Notes: generated by a model from the sequence alone, not told the origin. A stretch of DNA of 64,000 nt from Patescibacteria group bacterium (GCA_041660565.1 JBAZWC010000001.1:366481-430480); one strand, 5' to 3'. Shown: positions 38,568 to 48,603, counted from the first letter of the stretch. Numbers and translations are program-made.

Positions 38568-39395
38568 CTATCGGAACTTCTGGGGCACGTTCTCGGCGTC
38601 CGCTAGCCGATAACCGTTCTCGCCCAACCTCTGTACCACCTCGCTGTAATCGCTCCGGTTGAAGCCACGAATCGTTGATAACGCGGCCGGGGTGCACGCA
38701 GCCAGCTGCAGAATGGTTAGAATACCCGACTTCTGTAGCAAGCCACAGGTACGAGCAGGAAAGCCGAGCTCGATGATCCGCCTGATAGTGTCGAGACGCT
38801 CGCTCTTGCGGTGTACTTGATCGTCAACGCCGTCGATCTCCCACACTAGCCTACGGGCATCGTGACCCGCCTTACCGAGCAGCCGAGACAGCCGACTCAC
38901 CCGCCCGTGAAGATTGGCGTTCACATCCATGACGCTTTTTGTCCGAGCAGAGAAGCCAACCACCTCCTCGGCCACCCGACCGTCCATGAACAGCGAGATG
39001 GCGGTAGTTGACGCCACTCTTCCCAATTGCTGGGCCAGAGCGGTGCGCAATAACAGGTCGGCGCGCATGGCAGAAAATGCCCGCTCATCCTGCAACACCA
39101 GCTTCGCCCGATCTTGTCCTCTCTCGCTGGTCAACCAGTCCCAGAAGAAGCGATAAAAGCTCTGATCGATCTCTGTCCGGCGCAAGAGAATGTCAAAGCT
39201 GACCGCTTTGTGTTCACGCTCGTGGTAGAACGTCCGCGCATCCTTGACCGTTGCCGACGCGATGATGGCGTCCATCAGAAGATCGTAGTTTGGCCAGCAA
39301 TGCGACAACCAGAACTGCTTCGCCTCGGGCAGCACATCCGGAATCAGCTCCCACAACCGCTTCAGGTTGTTAAACGTATTTCTTTGCCCCGCCAT
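38568..39395 (-). CDS. Orphan protein with C-terminal RNA polymerase alpha-CTD-like domain
   Basis: IIELGFPARTCGLLQKSGILTILQLAACTPAALSTIRGF...EVVQRL. Confidence 0.75.
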   Translation of the reverse strand: MAGQRNTFNNLKRLWELIPDVLPEAKQFWLSHCWPNYDLLMDAIIASATVKDARTFYHEREHKAVSFDILLRRTEIDQSFYRFFWDWLTSERGQDRAKLVLQDERAFSAMRADLLLRTALAQQLGRVASTTAISLFMDGRVAEEVVGFSARTKSVMDVNANLHGRVSRLSRLLGKAGHDARRLVWEIDGVDDQVHRKSERLDTIRRIIELGFPARTCGLLQKSGILTILQLAACTPAALSTIRGFNRSDYSEVVQRLGENGYRLADAENVPQKFR

Positions 39396-39568
39396 CGCTC
39401 GCCCTCCTCAGGGTCTCGTGTTATTCATGTTCGAGACGCAAAGAACAATGCTGCGCCAACGTAATGCGCTGATTATATCATTATCGTTATGTATCGTCAA
39501 TATTTGTTTTATTTACAAATAATTAGGGCGGGCACGGCATTCGCCACACCCGCCCACTTGCGGGAAGA

Positions 39569-39985
39569 CTACCAGAAATCCTTTGGCAACACATCGGCTT
39601 CGGCCAACTTAACGCCGAGAATCTCCAACTTCTGCAGAACCTCGTAGTAGCCTTTTTTCCCGAAGTTGCGAACAGATGCCAGCTCGGACGGAGTCAACTC
39701 AACCAAGTCAGCAACGGTTAATATGTTAGCCCTCGCGAGTGACTTAAAAGGCCTGACCGAGAGACCAAGATCCCCAATCCATATATGGAGAATCGCTTGA
39801 GGAGTCTGAGCATCCGTGTCAGCGGCACCGCCCGCTAGAAATCGCTCCAGATCCCTTCCCTTCAGCTTTTCCTTGAAAAGGCTGACCAGCCGAAGGTTCT
39901 GCACCCTCAGCCGGCGATTCTCCTCTAGAACAGCTTGGCACTGCTCAAAGGAGACCAGCCCCTCCGAAGACTCTGTATCCACCAT
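39569..39985 (-). CDS. Coiled coil plus stand-alone RNA polymerase alpha-CTD domain
   Basis: IGDLGLSVRPFKSLARANILTVADLVELTPSELASVRNFGKKGYYEVLQKL. Confidence 0.85.
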   Translation of the reverse strand: MVDTESSEGLVSFEQCQAVLEENRRLRVQNLRLVSLFKEKLKGRDLERFLAGGAADTDAQTPQAILHIWIGDLGLSVRPFKSLARANILTVADLVELTPSELASVRNFGKKGYYEVLQKLEILGVKLAEADVLPKDFW

Positions 39986-40194
39986 CGTCTAACCCTCCTT
40001 AGGGGGTATATTGTCGTGTACAAATCCAATACACAAATTCTAACATTATTTTTATTCATTGTCAATGTTTTTTGACAAATATATTTTTCAGCTATAATTA
40101 ATTTATGGATCAGTTAGTTGGTTGATCGGTTACTTTGATTATCACCCACAATATCCCATCATAAATATGAATAGATTTTTTATTATCGGGAGGA

Positions 40195-41403
40195 ATGATG
40201 AGGAACGTAAAAACAAAAGGAATTTTACCAATCTTTATCGCGCTCATTGTGGTTGGGGCGCTTGGGCTAAGCGCCGCCGGGTATGAGGGCGTTACTTACT
40301 ACCAATCCAAAAAACTGGTTGAAGCAGGTGATAAATTAATGAATGATGGGCTGTATGCCGAAGCGCTGGCAAAATATGAAATGGCGGGCAATAAATTTAA
40401 ACCGGGCAAAAGCAAAATTGACTCCAAAATTTCAAATGCTCGTGAACTGTTGACTCAAGATGATACATATAAGCAAGGCACAGCCAGTTATAACAAGCAG
40501 GAGTGGCAAAAATGTTTAGATTATTTCAAGCTTGTAACCGATAAATATCCGCAATACAAGGCGGCTCAGGTACGTTATTCCGAATGTCAGAAAAAACTGG
40601 CAGATGCGCAAACCGCAGCCGCAAGCTCGACAGCACAGCCCAGCCCAACTCCAACATCAACTCCTTCAACTACAAGAAAACGAAGTACCAGTAGTCCTTC
40701 AGCCAGTTCTAGCTCATCCTCCGGAGAATCTACTACTTCATCAAATAACAACTCTTCCAGTTCATCCAGCTCATCAAATGAAGTAGCTTCCAGTTCCCCA
40801 AGTAGCCAAACCCAAACAAGACCGGTCTTATATCTACCTTACTCCGGAACCAGCCCGGACAGACTATCTCCAATGGGCGAAACGGTTTTTCACCCCAAAC
40901 CACAAAATCCTACCGGACATCATGGCATTGATTTTATCTGGTTAGATACTCCGGGAAATGTTGGCATTATCGCCTCAATGGACGGGGTGGTTACGGCCAT
41001 AAACGCCAACACATCCCATGCTGGCGCGTGGGATGTGCTAACCAGGAGCGGAACATATGGCGTTGATTATACCGAAATGGGTAGCATAAGAAGCGGACTA
41101 AAGGTTGGTGATTCAGTTAAGGTTGGTGATTCAGTTGGTTATGCATACCACGATGCAAACAACGTTGACCAGCCAAATTACAAAATGATCCACTGGCAAT
41201 TCGGCAACCAATCAGAAGACCCGGCAAACCATCCCGGCGTCACAACTTGCCTTTGTCCTTTATCATATTTTGCTAGCAGCGCCTTATCAGCAATTAACAC
41301 TCTTTGGGCAAACAGCGACTGGAGCGGGACCGAAGTAAATGGTGAACCGGTGGATTTGAAGGCAAACTCTCCATATATCTGTAGCGGTAGTTACGCGCAA
41401 TAA
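40195..41403 (+). CDS. Membrane-anchored TPR plus atypical M23-peptidase-like protein
   Basis: TM, TPR-like helices, Ser-rich linker, HHGIDF, ASMDGVV, LKVGDSVKVGD, MIHWQF. Confidence 0.7.
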   Translation: MMRNVKTKGILPIFIALIVVGALGLSAAGYEGVTYYQSKKLVEAGDKLMNDGLYAEALAKYEMAGNKFKPGKSKIDSKISNARELLTQDDTYKQGTASYNKQEWQKCLDYFKLVTDKYPQYKAAQVRYSECQKKLADAQTAAASSTAQPSPTPTSTPSTTRKRSTSSPSASSSSSSGESTTSSNNNSSSSSSSSNEVASSSPSSQTQTRPVLYLPYSGTSPDRLSPMGETVFHPKPQNPTGHHGIDFIWLDTPGNVGIIASMDGVVTAINANTSHAGAWDVLTRSGTYGVDYTEMGSIRSGLKVGDSVKVGDSVGYAYHDANNVDQPNYKMIHWQFGNQSEDPANHPGVTTCLCPLSYFASSALSAINTLWANSDWSGTEVNGEPVDLKANSPYICSGSYAQ

Positions 41404-41413
41404 TGATTTTACG

Positions 41414-42259
41414 ATGGATAAAACGCTGGAGGAAAATACGAACGATCAAAATCAAAACAAAAAACCGATTTGGCGATATCTTAGATGGGTTTTACTAGCT
41501 TTTGCAATACTGGTCGTTGGCGTTTTGATTTTTCTGTATTGCTACTATTACATCTGGATGAAAATGAGTACTACTATGGTTACTAACGCCGAAAACGCGC
41601 TTGCCAACGGCATTAGTATAAATGATGAGCGAGACGATTTTGTGATAATGAGCTCGAACAAAGAAGAACTAAACGCCGAAGACAATCCTTCACCGTATCG
41701 GCTGGATTATTTTGACATAAAATCGGTATCGGTAGGTGCAGATGATCAATATCTTTATATCAAGACGACATTTTTTGGTACAATTCCAAAAACCAGCCAA
41801 AAAGTAAACGGTGATAATATTGTCGCCATTGCAGCCAAAGCCGAGATTACCGACGACCAGGGTAAGGAATATCTAGGCATGGCAGCAGATTTTGGTTACG
41901 TTGCGATTATTGGCATTCCGGCGTTAAACACCTACTATTCTTACGGCGCCACCGGCATTGAATGGCCAGAGAATGCGCGCTACACCCATCAAGACAGAGA
42001 CAGTAAGGTCTATGGGGGAGGTGGCACTGATTATATTATGGGAGCATACCCGCTTAACAAAATGGGCCTAGAAATGGGGCAAACAATCAACATTCGCTTC
42101 CCAATGGAAGTCAGAAGCCATAAATTTACCCACGCAGCCGTGGATGTGCTAGCCGGATCAGGTAAATCACCGGGAATAGTAACGTGGAAATTAGGCTCGA
42201 ATCAGTACACCATCAATAATAATACTGATAACTCAGCTCAATCTAACGACAAAAAATGA
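41414..42259 (+). CDS. Membrane-anchored hypothetical protein
   Basis: 281 aa; single N-terminal TM; beta-rich ectodomain. Confidence 0.7.
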   Translation: MDKTLEENTNDQNQNKKPIWRYLRWVLLAFAILVVGVLIFLYCYYYIWMKMSTTMVTNAENALANGISINDERDDFVIMSSNKEELNAEDNPSPYRLDYFDIKSVSVGADDQYLYIKTTFFGTIPKTSQKVNGDNIVAIAAKAEITDDQGKEYLGMAADFGYVAIIGIPALNTYYSYGATGIEWPENARYTHQDRDSKVYGGGGTDYIMGAYPLNKMGLEMGQTINIRFPMEVRSHKFTHAAVDVLAGSGKSPGIVTWKLGSNQYTINNNTDNSAQSNDKK

Positions 42260-42275
42260 TGAGTTAAGGAGAGAA

Positions 42276-42896
42276 ATGAACAAAATTGATCTAAAAAAGA
42301 ATTTGAAGGATTTATACAATCCTAAAACCAACGTAATTGCCGAAGTTTTGGTGCCAAAAATGAACTTTTTAATGGTAGATGGTAAGGGTGATCCAAATAC
42401 ATCAAAGGAATTTGTAAATGCCATAGAAGCGTTGTACCCGGTGGCATATACGATAAAATTTGATATCAAAAAAAATCTAGGCAAAGATTATGGGGTAATG
42501 CCACTTGAAGGGCTGTGGTGGTCAAGTGATCTGAGTGATTTTGCCACCGGTAAAAAAGATAACTGGTTCTGGACGTTAATGATAATGCAACCCGAATTTG
42601 TAACCAAAGACCTGTTTGAAAAAGCGCTAGAGAGCGTAAAAGCCAAAAAGCACCCAGCATTCATTGATAAAGTGCGCTTTGAATCGTTTGAAGAGGGCAA
42701 ATCGGCACAGCTGATGCACATTGGCCCGTTTGCCGCCGAAGGGCCAAATATCCAAAAAATCCACGACTATATAAAAGAAGCAGGTGGAAAGTTTGATGGC
42801 ATGAAGCAGAAACATCATGAAATCTACCTGTCGGATATGCGTAAAACCGCACCAGACAAGCTCAAAACCATCCTCCGCCAAGCTTTTGTGAAATAG
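42276..42896 (+). CDS. GyrI-like small-molecule-binding protein
   Basis: DGKGDPN, VMPLEGLWW, QLMHIGPF, HHEIYLSD, LKTILRQ. Confidence 0.88.
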   Translation: MNKIDLKKNLKDLYNPKTNVIAEVLVPKMNFLMVDGKGDPNTSKEFVNAIEALYPVAYTIKFDIKKNLGKDYGVMPLEGLWWSSDLSDFATGKKDNWFWTLMIMQPEFVTKDLFEKALESVKAKKHPAFIDKVRFESFEEGKSAQLMHIGPFAAEGPNIQKIHDYIKEAGGKFDGMKQKHHEIYLSDMRKTAPDKLKTILRQAFVK

Positions 42897-42960
42897 TTTA
42901 GGGGACAGATCCTGATTTTAGCCATTCGGGATCCAATGCAAATACTGGTATAATACGATT

Positions 42961-43314
42961 ATGTTAAGCAAATTTGCGTCAAAATTTACTTGGTCGTCGC
43001 TGATATTGTCAGTCTATTGGGTTTTGTTGTCGGTCATTATGGATGATCGCGCACAAAATATTTATCAGAACATACCAACAAGTCCGCCGATATTAAAATA
43101 CGCAATTGATGCAATATTATTATTATTTCTCATCGCAATCCCCATTATCTTTGTATATACAATGATTGTTTATATCAAAATTGCGATGCAAGCTAATTCT
43201 TTAATAAAGCAAATCCCAACCACAATAAATGAAAAGGGGGTCACTGTAGCTCTCCCTCTTATCTTCGATTTAATATTCCTTCTGCTACCACTTTATTTAC
43301 TTTCACATCGGTGA
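42961..43314 (+). CDS. Small 3-TM membrane protein
   Basis: AT-rich, hydrophobic; TGgTATAAT 6 nt before ATG. Confidence 0.65.
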   Translation: MLSKFASKFTWSSLILSVYWVLLSVIMDDRAQNIYQNIPTSPPILKYAIDAILLLFLIAIPIIFVYTMIVYIKIAMQANSLIKQIPTTINEKGVTVALPLIFDLIFLLLPLYLLSHR

Positions 43315-43345
43315 TAATTGAGTGCTACTCGGTTTAATGAAAGTG

Positions 43346-43395
43346 CCGCGCCGGACAAGCTCAAAACCATCCTCCGCCAAGCTTTTGTGAAATAG
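43346..43395 (+). repeat. Direct-repeat copy of the last 50 nt of the GyrI-like gene
   Basis: Matches 42847-42896 with 2 mismatches. Confidence 0.9.
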
Positions 43396-43414
43396 CGGTA
43401 ATTATCTTCTCTTA

Positions 43415-43777
43415 TTATTTGACCAAGTTGTAGTCCACAGCAGCTCGGACTAGCTCTTTTAGCTCGGATTCTTTGATTTTATCACCTTCAAAATAGTCAA
43501 TCGTGCGCCACTTATTTCCATCAAGACCGTTGTTAAAAAGATGGTGTGGGTCAGGAAGATGGGCGCCTTGGTGAAATGTCATTTTAACTTTATCCTTGAA
43601 CGCGTTGGCAATGCAGACTATGCCACGTTTAGACCAAACCGGCGTGCCCATCCACTTCCATTCTTCAATTATTTCGGGATCCGCTCCTAATATAATTCTA
43701 CGAATATTTGCAAGAGTTTCCCCGCGCCACCCGTCGGTTTCTGATATCAGATTATCAATTTGTTCTTTTGGTGTCAT
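43415..43777 (-). CDS. DUF1801 (YdhG-like) protein
   Basis: WRGETL..IRRIILGADPEIIEEWKWMGTPVW...LPDPHHLFN. Confidence 0.88.
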   Translation of the reverse strand: MTPKEQIDNLISETDGWRGETLANIRRIILGADPEIIEEWKWMGTPVWSKRGIVCIANAFKDKVKMTFHQGAHLPDPHHLFNNGLDGNKWRTIDYFEGDKIKESELKELVRAAVDYNLVK

Positions 43778-44033
43778 TTTCTCTCCAGTTAGATGGAGAC
43801 GTAATTAGTTACAAATATAACAAGACCATTTGCACTACACGGGAAAACCACATATAATTTAACCAATTCGGAATATACTCCTGTCCTGCTCTTGGGGTAC
43901 ATTAAAAGGAGTCCGATTACAAAAATCAAGAGCCCTAAGCTATCTCTTATTCGCTCCAACTCCGCCAGCTGGCGGATGGCGGACGGATCGGTCGAATTGA
44001 TAGTCGTCAAAAATCAATGTTTTGGAGAATAAA

Positions 44034-44240
44034 ATGGACAAAACAGAATCGCAAAAATTTGCGCGAGACGTCGAAGAAAATGTGCTGAAAAGCGTTCAGG
44101 AAGATAAATTTCCGTTGTGGCGCAGATCGCACTGGGATGAATGGGGCTCACCGGTTGGTTTAGGCCTAAGCTGGGCGCTGTTTATTATCCCGTTAGGATT
44201 GTTCCTGTACTTTCTGCACTTGGCCGGACTGATTAAATAA
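44034..44240 (+). CDS. Small membrane protein
   Basis: SD GGAG; C-terminal TM; bidirectional terminator at 44259-44288. Confidence 0.6.
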   Translation: MDKTESQKFARDVEENVLKSVQEDKFPLWRRSHWDEWGSPVGLGLSWALFIIPLGLFLYFLHLAGLIK

Positions 44241-44376
44241 GTCCCGGGCGAGTCAACTAAAAAATCAGCTGCAACAGGCTGATTTTTTAGAAAAATAAAA
44301 TAATAAGTTATTTTTGAAAAAGTTTAGGCGCTTCGCGGTGAATTGCGAAACGCCTTAGGCTGTACCGCTGTGTTCA

Positions 44377-44565
44377 CTAACCCTCGTTAGTTTCAGTACC
44401 TTTGGCAGGAATCCACTCGCCGTTGGTATCGATACGGCACGGAAGAATCACAACAGGCGGCACCGGCAAACGCCCCGCGGAGTCAGCTGAAGACGACGCC
44501 CCTCCAACACCAAGCAGGTGTCTGCGAGATTCTTCACATTGGGCCAAATACCTCACATTGTACAT
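44377..44565 (-). CDS. Possible small GC-rich orphan ORF
   Basis: Lies between a -10-like TAATAT and a hairpin terminator (44326-44355); no recognisable motif. Confidence 0.3.
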   Translation of the reverse strand: MYNVRYLAQCEESRRHLLGVGGASSSADSAGRLPVPPVVILPCRIDTNGEWIPAKGTETNEG

Positions 44566-44663
44566 GATCCCGTTTCCCCCTATATTACCACTTTAGCAAA
44601 ATTCACTTTGATTGCCCATAAATTAAAAAGCCAGCTATTGTGGCTTTTCTCAAAACTTATTAT

Positions 44664-44738
44664 TGGCTCCCCGGGTCAGATTCGAACTGACGACCAACTC
44701 GTTAACAGCGAGCTGCGCTACCGCTGCGCTACCGGGGA
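44664..44738 (-). tRNA. tRNA-Asn(GTT)
   Basis: TCCCCGG/CCGGGGA acceptor, anticodon loop CTGTTAA, GTTCGAAT T-loop, encoded CCA. Confidence 0.96.
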
Positions 44739-44808
44739 ATAAATGATTTTCTATCCACATAATAGCATTTTTGCCGCTATCTCGCAACATGCCAGACGTG
44801 ACTATCAA

Positions 44809-45267
44809 TCAGCTGCAGCCCAGTATGATTTTGATTTTATTTATATACACTCGCTCCCAATACCACATAGAAAACCAACCAAATAATGGCTTTGCGAAAA
44901 TACGCAAAATGATATTGGCTTTTGAAAGATCATAATTATAAGAATAATTAATTCTGGTGCCGTTTTCGACATCTTCCATTAAAAACTCTTCGTGCCCGGT
45001 GGCTTTGAATACAGGGTTAATGTTGTCCGAGATATATCCTTTTCCCGGAACAAGTGTTGTTTTCATAGTTACCGAAATTGGAGGAGTACCAAAAGATTTT
45101 GCTTCTGCGTGAATAAGTAAGTTGTTGCCATCTTTGCTGACAATTTTCACCGAATGTGCAACCTGCGGAAAATTCTTTGGCAAATTTTCAAAATCAGTCA
45201 CTATTTTATAAATAGATTCTCTGGGAGCTTTTATTATCCAACTGTTTTTGAGGTGAATTTTTGTCAT
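44809..45267 (-). CDS. SRPBCC/START-fold protein
   Basis: IIKAPRESIYKIVTDFENLPKNFP, ENGTRINY. Confidence 0.8.
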   Translation of the reverse strand: MTKIHLKNSWIIKAPRESIYKIVTDFENLPKNFPQVAHSVKIVSKDGNNLLIHAEAKSFGTPPISVTMKTTLVPGKGYISDNINPVFKATGHEEFLMEDVENGTRINYSYNYDLSKANIILRIFAKPLFGWFSMWYWERVYINKIKIILGCS

Positions 45268-45438
45268 TTGTTTTTATTATAATTTAAAATTAACCAGGTT
45301 GTAATGCCACGGAAAACTATCAAAAACGAACTCGGATAAAATATCAAACGTATATTCGTACAAAAAATTTGTTTTTATTGACATATTTGAACAATACGCT
45401 ATAATATTATCTATCACAGCTCTTCACGGGAGTTTTCC

Positions 45439-45795
45439 ATGATGGTCATGAAGCAGGTGCCTGAGGACAGGCAGCGGGTCCAATATTGGAGCCGGTCACT
45501 TCTTGTCCTTGGGTCGTATGTGCTGATAGGGTGGGCGTGGAGTTGGTGGGTTGCCATTGCAGCGCTGCTCATCATGTCAGTTGCGGTGGAAGGGCAGCTC
45601 AAGAATGTGAATGGCGTGGCGGTTCGGCGAACAATGGCTGAGATGATGGCGTCAAGAAGCCGATATGTCGGTGGCCTGATCGTGGCTCTCGTCGCAGGCG
45701 TTGCTTCGATAGCCACTGGGCACATCGCGATTGGGGCTCTGTGGCTCATCATCGTCGCCTGCGCCCACTTTCCCGTACCATGCTTTCGCACGTGA
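45439..45795 (+). CDS. Small multi-TM orphan membrane protein (GC-rich)
   Basis: TTGACA-16-TATAAT promoter, SD GGGAG, terminator. Confidence 0.7.
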   Translation: MMVMKQVPEDRQRVQYWSRSLLVLGSYVLIGWAWSWWVAIAALLIMSVAVEGQLKNVNGVAVRRTMAEMMASRSRYVGGLIVALVAGVASIATGHIAIGALWLIIVACAHFPVPCFRT

Positions 45796-45803
45796 TGCCA
45801 ACT

Positions 45804-45844
45804 AGGGCGTTTCCGCAGAACATCGCGGAGGCGCCCTAACTTTT
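45804..45844 (+). terminator. Hairpin terminator, identical to 46428-46468
   Basis: agggcgtttccgcagaacatcgcggaggcgccctaactttt present twice. Confidence 0.8.
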
Positions 45845-46005
45845 TATTTTGAATTTGACGAAATTCACTATTGACTATTACGCAACAGTATGATATAATA
45901 CTGTTGTTTTGTAATTTAATAACATATTTATAAGCACAGCGTTGTGTATATCCGTTTGGGTGTGCAGATCGCTGTGTTTATCTACATGGTAAATAGGAGG
46001 AAACC

Positions 46006-46416
46006 ATGGCACGCAGACCAACTCTCGACGAGTTGCGCCAGTTGGCAACTTGGGGGGACATCAGCCACGTGGTTGACCGCTGGTATCGCGGACACCAAGT
46101 ACCTCCCGAAGTGATGGAGGCGGTGCAGGTGGGGTACTACGCGATGGCGCGGAACTGGCTCAAGTCGATGCTGCCGGCAAAGATGTATCGTCGCATCACA
46201 CCGGGCGAACAATACCCGGCCTACCAGTCAGTCGAGACCCGGAACGGACGAGTCCAGATCGGGTCGTACTCGCTGGGACAGCGGCTGACCGCAGCGCGGC
46301 GCTGGGCCACCAAGGCCAAGTTGCCGCTGGAAAAGATCGCGGCAGATTACGGCCTGACTCACTTGCTCGCGGTAACACCCGAGCCTGAGCCAGATCCGAT
46401 CCCGCGCGGCTCATAG
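46006..46416 (+). CDS. Soluble orphan protein (GC-rich)
   Basis: TTGACT-17-TATAAT promoter, SD AGGAGG, terminator. Confidence 0.75.
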   Translation: MARRPTLDELRQLATWGDISHVVDRWYRGHQVPPEVMEAVQVGYYAMARNWLKSMLPAKMYRRITPGEQYPAYQSVETRNGRVQIGSYSLGQRLTAARRWATKAKLPLEKIAADYGLTHLLAVTPEPEPDPIPRGS

Positions 46417-46554
46417 CATTCCATCGCAGGGCGTTTCCGCAGAACATCGCGGAGGCGCCCTAACTTTTATCTGATTAAAAAAATAAGACCATCAACGGTC
46501 TTTTTTTAGTAACTACCTTATGTCATAAAACTATCACAAAAATAAAGGAGGAAT

Positions 46555-46890
46555 ATGGCGAATATCGTCAATAAATCATTCACAGAGTCAAACGAAAATG
46601 TGACACCGGAAAAAACCAGGGTTGAAACGGCAACGTTAATTGATCACGAATTTCAACGCGTTACCGCTGAACCAGGTTGGCAATGGTCAAAACATTCAAA
46701 ACCGGTGGTTGGCGGCAAAAGCTGCCAAAAACATCATTTGCTCTATATTATTTCAGGTAGAATTGCATCAAGAATGTCCGATGGAGATGAGGTAGAGTTT
46801 GGCCCGGGTGAAATTGGGATTATCCCTCCCGGCCATGATGGCTGGACAGTTGGAGACGAACCGGCAGTCTGGCTCGAAATCCCCCACTAA
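46555..46890 (+). CDS. Cupin domain protein
   Basis: EPGWQWSKH, SCQKHH..YIISG, IPPGHDGWTVGDEP. Confidence 0.88.
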   Translation: MANIVNKSFTESNENVTPEKTRVETATLIDHEFQRVTAEPGWQWSKHSKPVVGGKSCQKHHLLYIISGRIASRMSDGDEVEFGPGEIGIIPPGHDGWTVGDEPAVWLEIPH

Positions 46891-46953
46891 TTATTAAAAG
46901 AATAGGCCCCGACGCATTGCGCGCCGGGGCCTTTGGGCTGGGTATGGGCTGGA

Positions 46954-48513
46954 TTAGCTGGCGGACTTCTGCTCCACCTCGGTCAACGCGATCACCTGTA
47001 GCAGCCGCCCGAGGAGCAACTCCATCTTGGGATCGTTCGGAGCCTTTCGAGTCTCCGACGCGATCTTGAGCAGATCAGTGGTGGCCAACTTAAGTGCTTC
47101 CAAGTCGCCGGCGTTTGATGCCTGGGCCACCTTGTCAACACCCGCGAGCCTGTCCTGTTCAATCTGCGCATACTCGGCAACTGCCTCGCCATAGACGCGG
47201 GCATAGCCGAGCGTACACAGCATTCGCGACAGCCCCTCGCCAGCGGTGATCGGATGCTGCCCGAGCAGCGCCAGCACATTCACGGGCTCAGAAACCGGGG
47301 TCGGTTCGGGCTCAACCGGTGCCGGTGTGTCCGGCATCGGTTCGGGCTGCGGCGGCAGGTCGGGCTGGGTCTTCGTGGTTAGCGCCGCAATCTCTGCCTT
47401 TGCCTTTTCCGACAGTCGGCAGTGATACCGAATGTGGGACAACGCCTCGGTCTTCTCCAGCAGTCCGTTCTGGATCGCAACCCGAAGGAAACTGCCGGTA
47501 GCTCCATCCGACAGTCCAAGCTGTCCGGAAACAACCTTCCCGGCGTCGCCCGCTTGGGTACCGTCCGCGTGAGTAGCCTTCTTCGCGATCTCTTCGAGAA
47601 CGAGCAGCATCCAGCCGTACTCGTCGGTGCCCTGGACGAAGTACTTGCTGACGATGCCCTTGTTCGGCCTTGCCGGGGTAGGCGATGCGGGTAACTCGGG
47701 AACTGCCGGTGGCGGGACTAACACCTTCCCTTCATCGGTCAGCTTGTAGCCGATGACCGCTGGTGGCATCCCCTCAGCCACGGCTTCAAGCAGCTTGGCA
47801 TCCGCCAACATCGACAGCGCCGTCTCGGCATCGAGATACGACAAGGACTGGAACTCAGTCCGAACCCCCTCTGTGCAGGCCTGGGTCGCAAGAAATGCCC
47901 CGTTGCTGCACATACTCGAGATGTACCCCAGAATCCGAACCACGTGGCCATCGGTGGAGTCGATCAGCCCGTGGAACCACACCCTGTCGAACTCCGCCTT
48001 AGCATTCCTCCTCACTTCCTCATCCTCCTTGGCAGCAAGTAGCTGCCTGACAGCTTCACGCCTTTCGACGATCATCTCCTCGTGGTGACTGGCGCGCTTC
48101 TGGTCTTCGGCCAGAAACATCTCGTTGGCGCACTCACACGCCATGAGCAGAACGCGGTCAATGTGATTCTTGTCCAATGCGCAGCAGCTGGCCGGGAAAT
48201 CGACCCACCACTGCATGCACGTGTCTGTGCCTCCAGGCTGGAACATCAACTTGAACCGCTTGTTCTTATCGAGCCCCTTACCGACAATCTTCACTCCTCG
48301 ATCTGCCCTAGACCCCTGCTTCTTCCTGCAGAAACTGGCGTCGATCGTCAGATCGGCATCACCAAACGGGTCTGCGCAAACCGGTGCCACAATTGCAGCA
48401 AAGCTCTCCAGAAGTTTCTGGATTACTTGAGGCACCTGGTCTTCACCGGGCAAACCGGCGCCACGATGGCTGGAGTTACGCACAACCCGTGCGCAAATCT
48501 GTGGTACGGCCAT
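46954..48513 (-). CDS. Large orphan protein with two possible winged-helix segments separated by Pro-rich linkers (GC-rich)
   Basis: YKLTDEGK and CRLSEKAK resemble wHTH wing ends; own promoter, SD and terminator. Confidence 0.65.
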   Translation of the reverse strand: MAVPQICARVVRNSSHRGAGLPGEDQVPQVIQKLLESFAAIVAPVCADPFGDADLTIDASFCRKKQGSRADRGVKIVGKGLDKNKRFKLMFQPGGTDTCMQWWVDFPASCCALDKNHIDRVLLMACECANEMFLAEDQKRASHHEEMIVERREAVRQLLAAKEDEEVRRNAKAEFDRVWFHGLIDSTDGHVVRILGYISSMCSNGAFLATQACTEGVRTEFQSLSYLDAETALSMLADAKLLEAVAEGMPPAVIGYKLTDEGKVLVPPPAVPELPASPTPARPNKGIVSKYFVQGTDEYGWMLLVLEEIAKKATHADGTQAGDAGKVVSGQLGLSDGATGSFLRVAIQNGLLEKTEALSHIRYHCRLSEKAKAEIAALTTKTQPDLPPQPEPMPDTPAPVEPEPTPVSEPVNVLALLGQHPITAGEGLSRMLCTLGYARVYGEAVAEYAQIEQDRLAGVDKVAQASNAGDLEALKLATTDLLKIASETRKAPNDPKMELLLGRLLQVIALTEVEQKSAS

Positions 48514-48603
48514 TAGTTATCCCCCTCTCTCGGTTATTCAAGATCTTAGTGAATACTTTATATCATATTTTTATATCAAAGTCAATAGAAAACCGTGAGT
48601 GAC

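Noticed and set aside
41101-41139. Exact 18-nt tandem duplication (KVGDSV x2)
   Set aside because: It coincides with the naturally repetitive VxxGDxVxxG motif of M23-like domains and is a minor local feature.
45804-46468. Integron attC sites
   Set aside because: The order RYYYAAC...GTTRRRY is not satisfied, the hairpins end in U-tracts like terminators, the genes have their own promoters, and no intI was seen.
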